From positions 12,958,001 through 13,022,000 of the forward strand of contig NC_083426.1 of the NCBI RefSeq assembly GCF_020745735.1: 64,000 nt of DNA. Reading direction: 5' to 3'. The translations under genes and the position numbers were made by a program. Positions 62,245 through 64,000 of this stretch are shown piece by piece. The stretch comes from Hemiscyllium ocellatum (Eukaryota). Below the pieces are notes generated by a model. That model ran no database searches and was not told where the DNA came from. It saw nothing but the letters and a program-made list of their open reading frames with translations. The stretch's first letter is position 1. Every line of letters starts with the position of its first letter.

Positions 62245-64000
62245 AGCTGTTTATTTTTTCAAATTACCCCACACTACTGCCTAACTGCAGTAGACTTAGT
62301 TTTAGTAAAGTTTGCCAACTGTTTGTATGCAAGAGACAAACATTTTTACAAGGGAGAGCAGCAAAACCAGGCCCCAAATCTTACCGGCCAGTTTACAGGA
62401 AAATGACAACAAACCCCCAATTTAAAGCATGAAAAGACAGCAATGACATATGTACATAAGACAATTCAGTTACATAGAAACCATGCATGCAATACAGACC
62501 CAGCAAGCCCCCATCCCTCCCACCTTCTGACCACTAAGGCAGCCCACCCCTACACCTTCCACATCTGTCCACCCCATGCCCCTTCCAGTTCTGTCTGCCC
62601 TGACCCTTTGGCCACCTCTGGGGGAGCCCACCCTAGTACCTGCCCAGGGCGACAGTGCTGAGGACAGCTACCTGCCTTCTGGCTCTATCTGCCCCTATAT
62701 ACCATTGGGTACTCACCCACCCCAATACACCATCTGGCCAGTGGGCTACCCTGACACCTTCCAGCCACCTCTAGGCTAGCCCATCCCCTTCCCCAGGGGG
62801 AAAACAGTGCAGGGTAGCCCACAAGCCTCCTGGCGCTCTGCTGTTGAGACCTTGCAACCACCTCTAGGACAGCCTGTCCCCATCACCCCTTCTCAGGAGG
62901 ACAGCACTCAGAATGGCTGACCCACCACCTGGCTCTTGGGGTGACTGGCATCAGGGTGACCTACCCACCATCTGGCTTTCAGGATGAGGGTGGAGCCTCC
63001 CAGCAGACCTGCCAGACCCAGGGACAGTGCAGGTGGTAGACCCAACAATATACAGTTAATTACCAAAAAATCCTTTGGCACTGTCCAAATGGAGTCTTCA
63101 AAATAGAGTTCATTCCCAGGAATGGAGTCCACTATTTTGGACAATGTGCCTCAAACTGGAGTCCACTCCTGAAGGCAGCAAATGCACACCCCACAGGTGC
63201 TCAGTCTCCATGGAGTCCTAACCCAGCCTTGGAAAACCAGGCCCACTCACAGGAACATAGCACATGTGCAGTTAACTCAGGGGTTTGGTCCACTCCTGAA
63301 GCAAAAGTCTTCTCCCAAACTCCAGGATGCAGCAAGTGCTCACCTCCCAGTGCACACAGGTGTTCAATCTTCAGAGGCCCAGTCCTAGGCCTCCCCACAG
63401 GAACAGCTCCTCTAGTAAAAAAATGTCTTCCACAAGGGCTCAGTCCAAACACCAAAAGCAGTGAGGATACATACAAACCAGAAAAGAGTCCAAGGGCTAA
63501 GCCCTACCACAAAATTAACATTCTCCTTTTTTGGGAAAAAAGAAGAGTAACAGGCTGTAACCAGCCAGTGAAACAACAATCCCCTAATAAGAACTGAGTT
63601 ACACCCGAAACTGTCACCTCACTAAAAAGGAATGCCAGTTAACAAACTGGCTAAATAATTCAGCCAGTTCAGGAATCAGGTTTCTCCCCTCCAAAGAAAA
63701 AAAGCTAACATACTGACTGTGGCACCAACCAGCACACAGTCTCTGAAACTGAGGGGTCTCCGAATCTCCTGTTTATAATATTTTAAAACAAGTTAAAAAC
63801 AGTTAACATCTACAGCTGTATACAACAGCAATTTTACAAGGGAGAGCAGCAAAGCCAGGCCCCAAACCCTACCGTTCAACCAGCTTACAGGGAGATGACA
63901 ACCTCAAATCCAAGTTGCACGTAAAAGACAGCAATGACATTTGTGCATGAGAATACTGTTACAGAAGTGCTGACAATACAGCAGCAGCAAGCCCCCATCC
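62245..64000 (-). mobile_element. Unclassified element(s) with diverged direct repeat (62344-62520 vs 63832-64000)
   Basis: ttttacaagggagagcagcaaa...cagcaagcccccatcc recurs 1488 bp apart; AATAAA and hairpin at the minus-strand 3' end (62250-62293). Confidence 0.5.

Overview
Repeat-rich vertebrate genomic DNA, most likely from a shark or ray; this is inferred from HE1-type tRNA-derived SINEs, HER1/CR1 LINEs and Penelope-type repeats. The host content is two tandem, same-strand (+) genes for single-Ig-V-domain receptors of the CD300/CMRF35/pIgR-like family. Gene 1 (12156-37764) assembles by hand into six phase-compatible exons: leader, V, short stalk, TM, cytoplasmic, and a terminal exon with two ITIMs. 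This gives a 253-aa inhibitory-type receptor, and most of its exons are absent from the ORF track. Gene 2 (from 43017) shows a leader, a divergent V exon and a probable stalk exon, then runs off the window. The rest is transposon debris: CR1 LINEs, SINEs, fragmented Gypsy LTR elements, a Tc1/mariner MITE and mini/microsatellites. There are also many Penelope-like element (PLE) derivatives that carry minimal hammerhead-ribozyme cores (three sequence families with covarying stems), often as palindromic insertions with target-site duplications (TSDs). Repeat boundaries are approximate by-eye estimates; exon boundaries were counted base by base.
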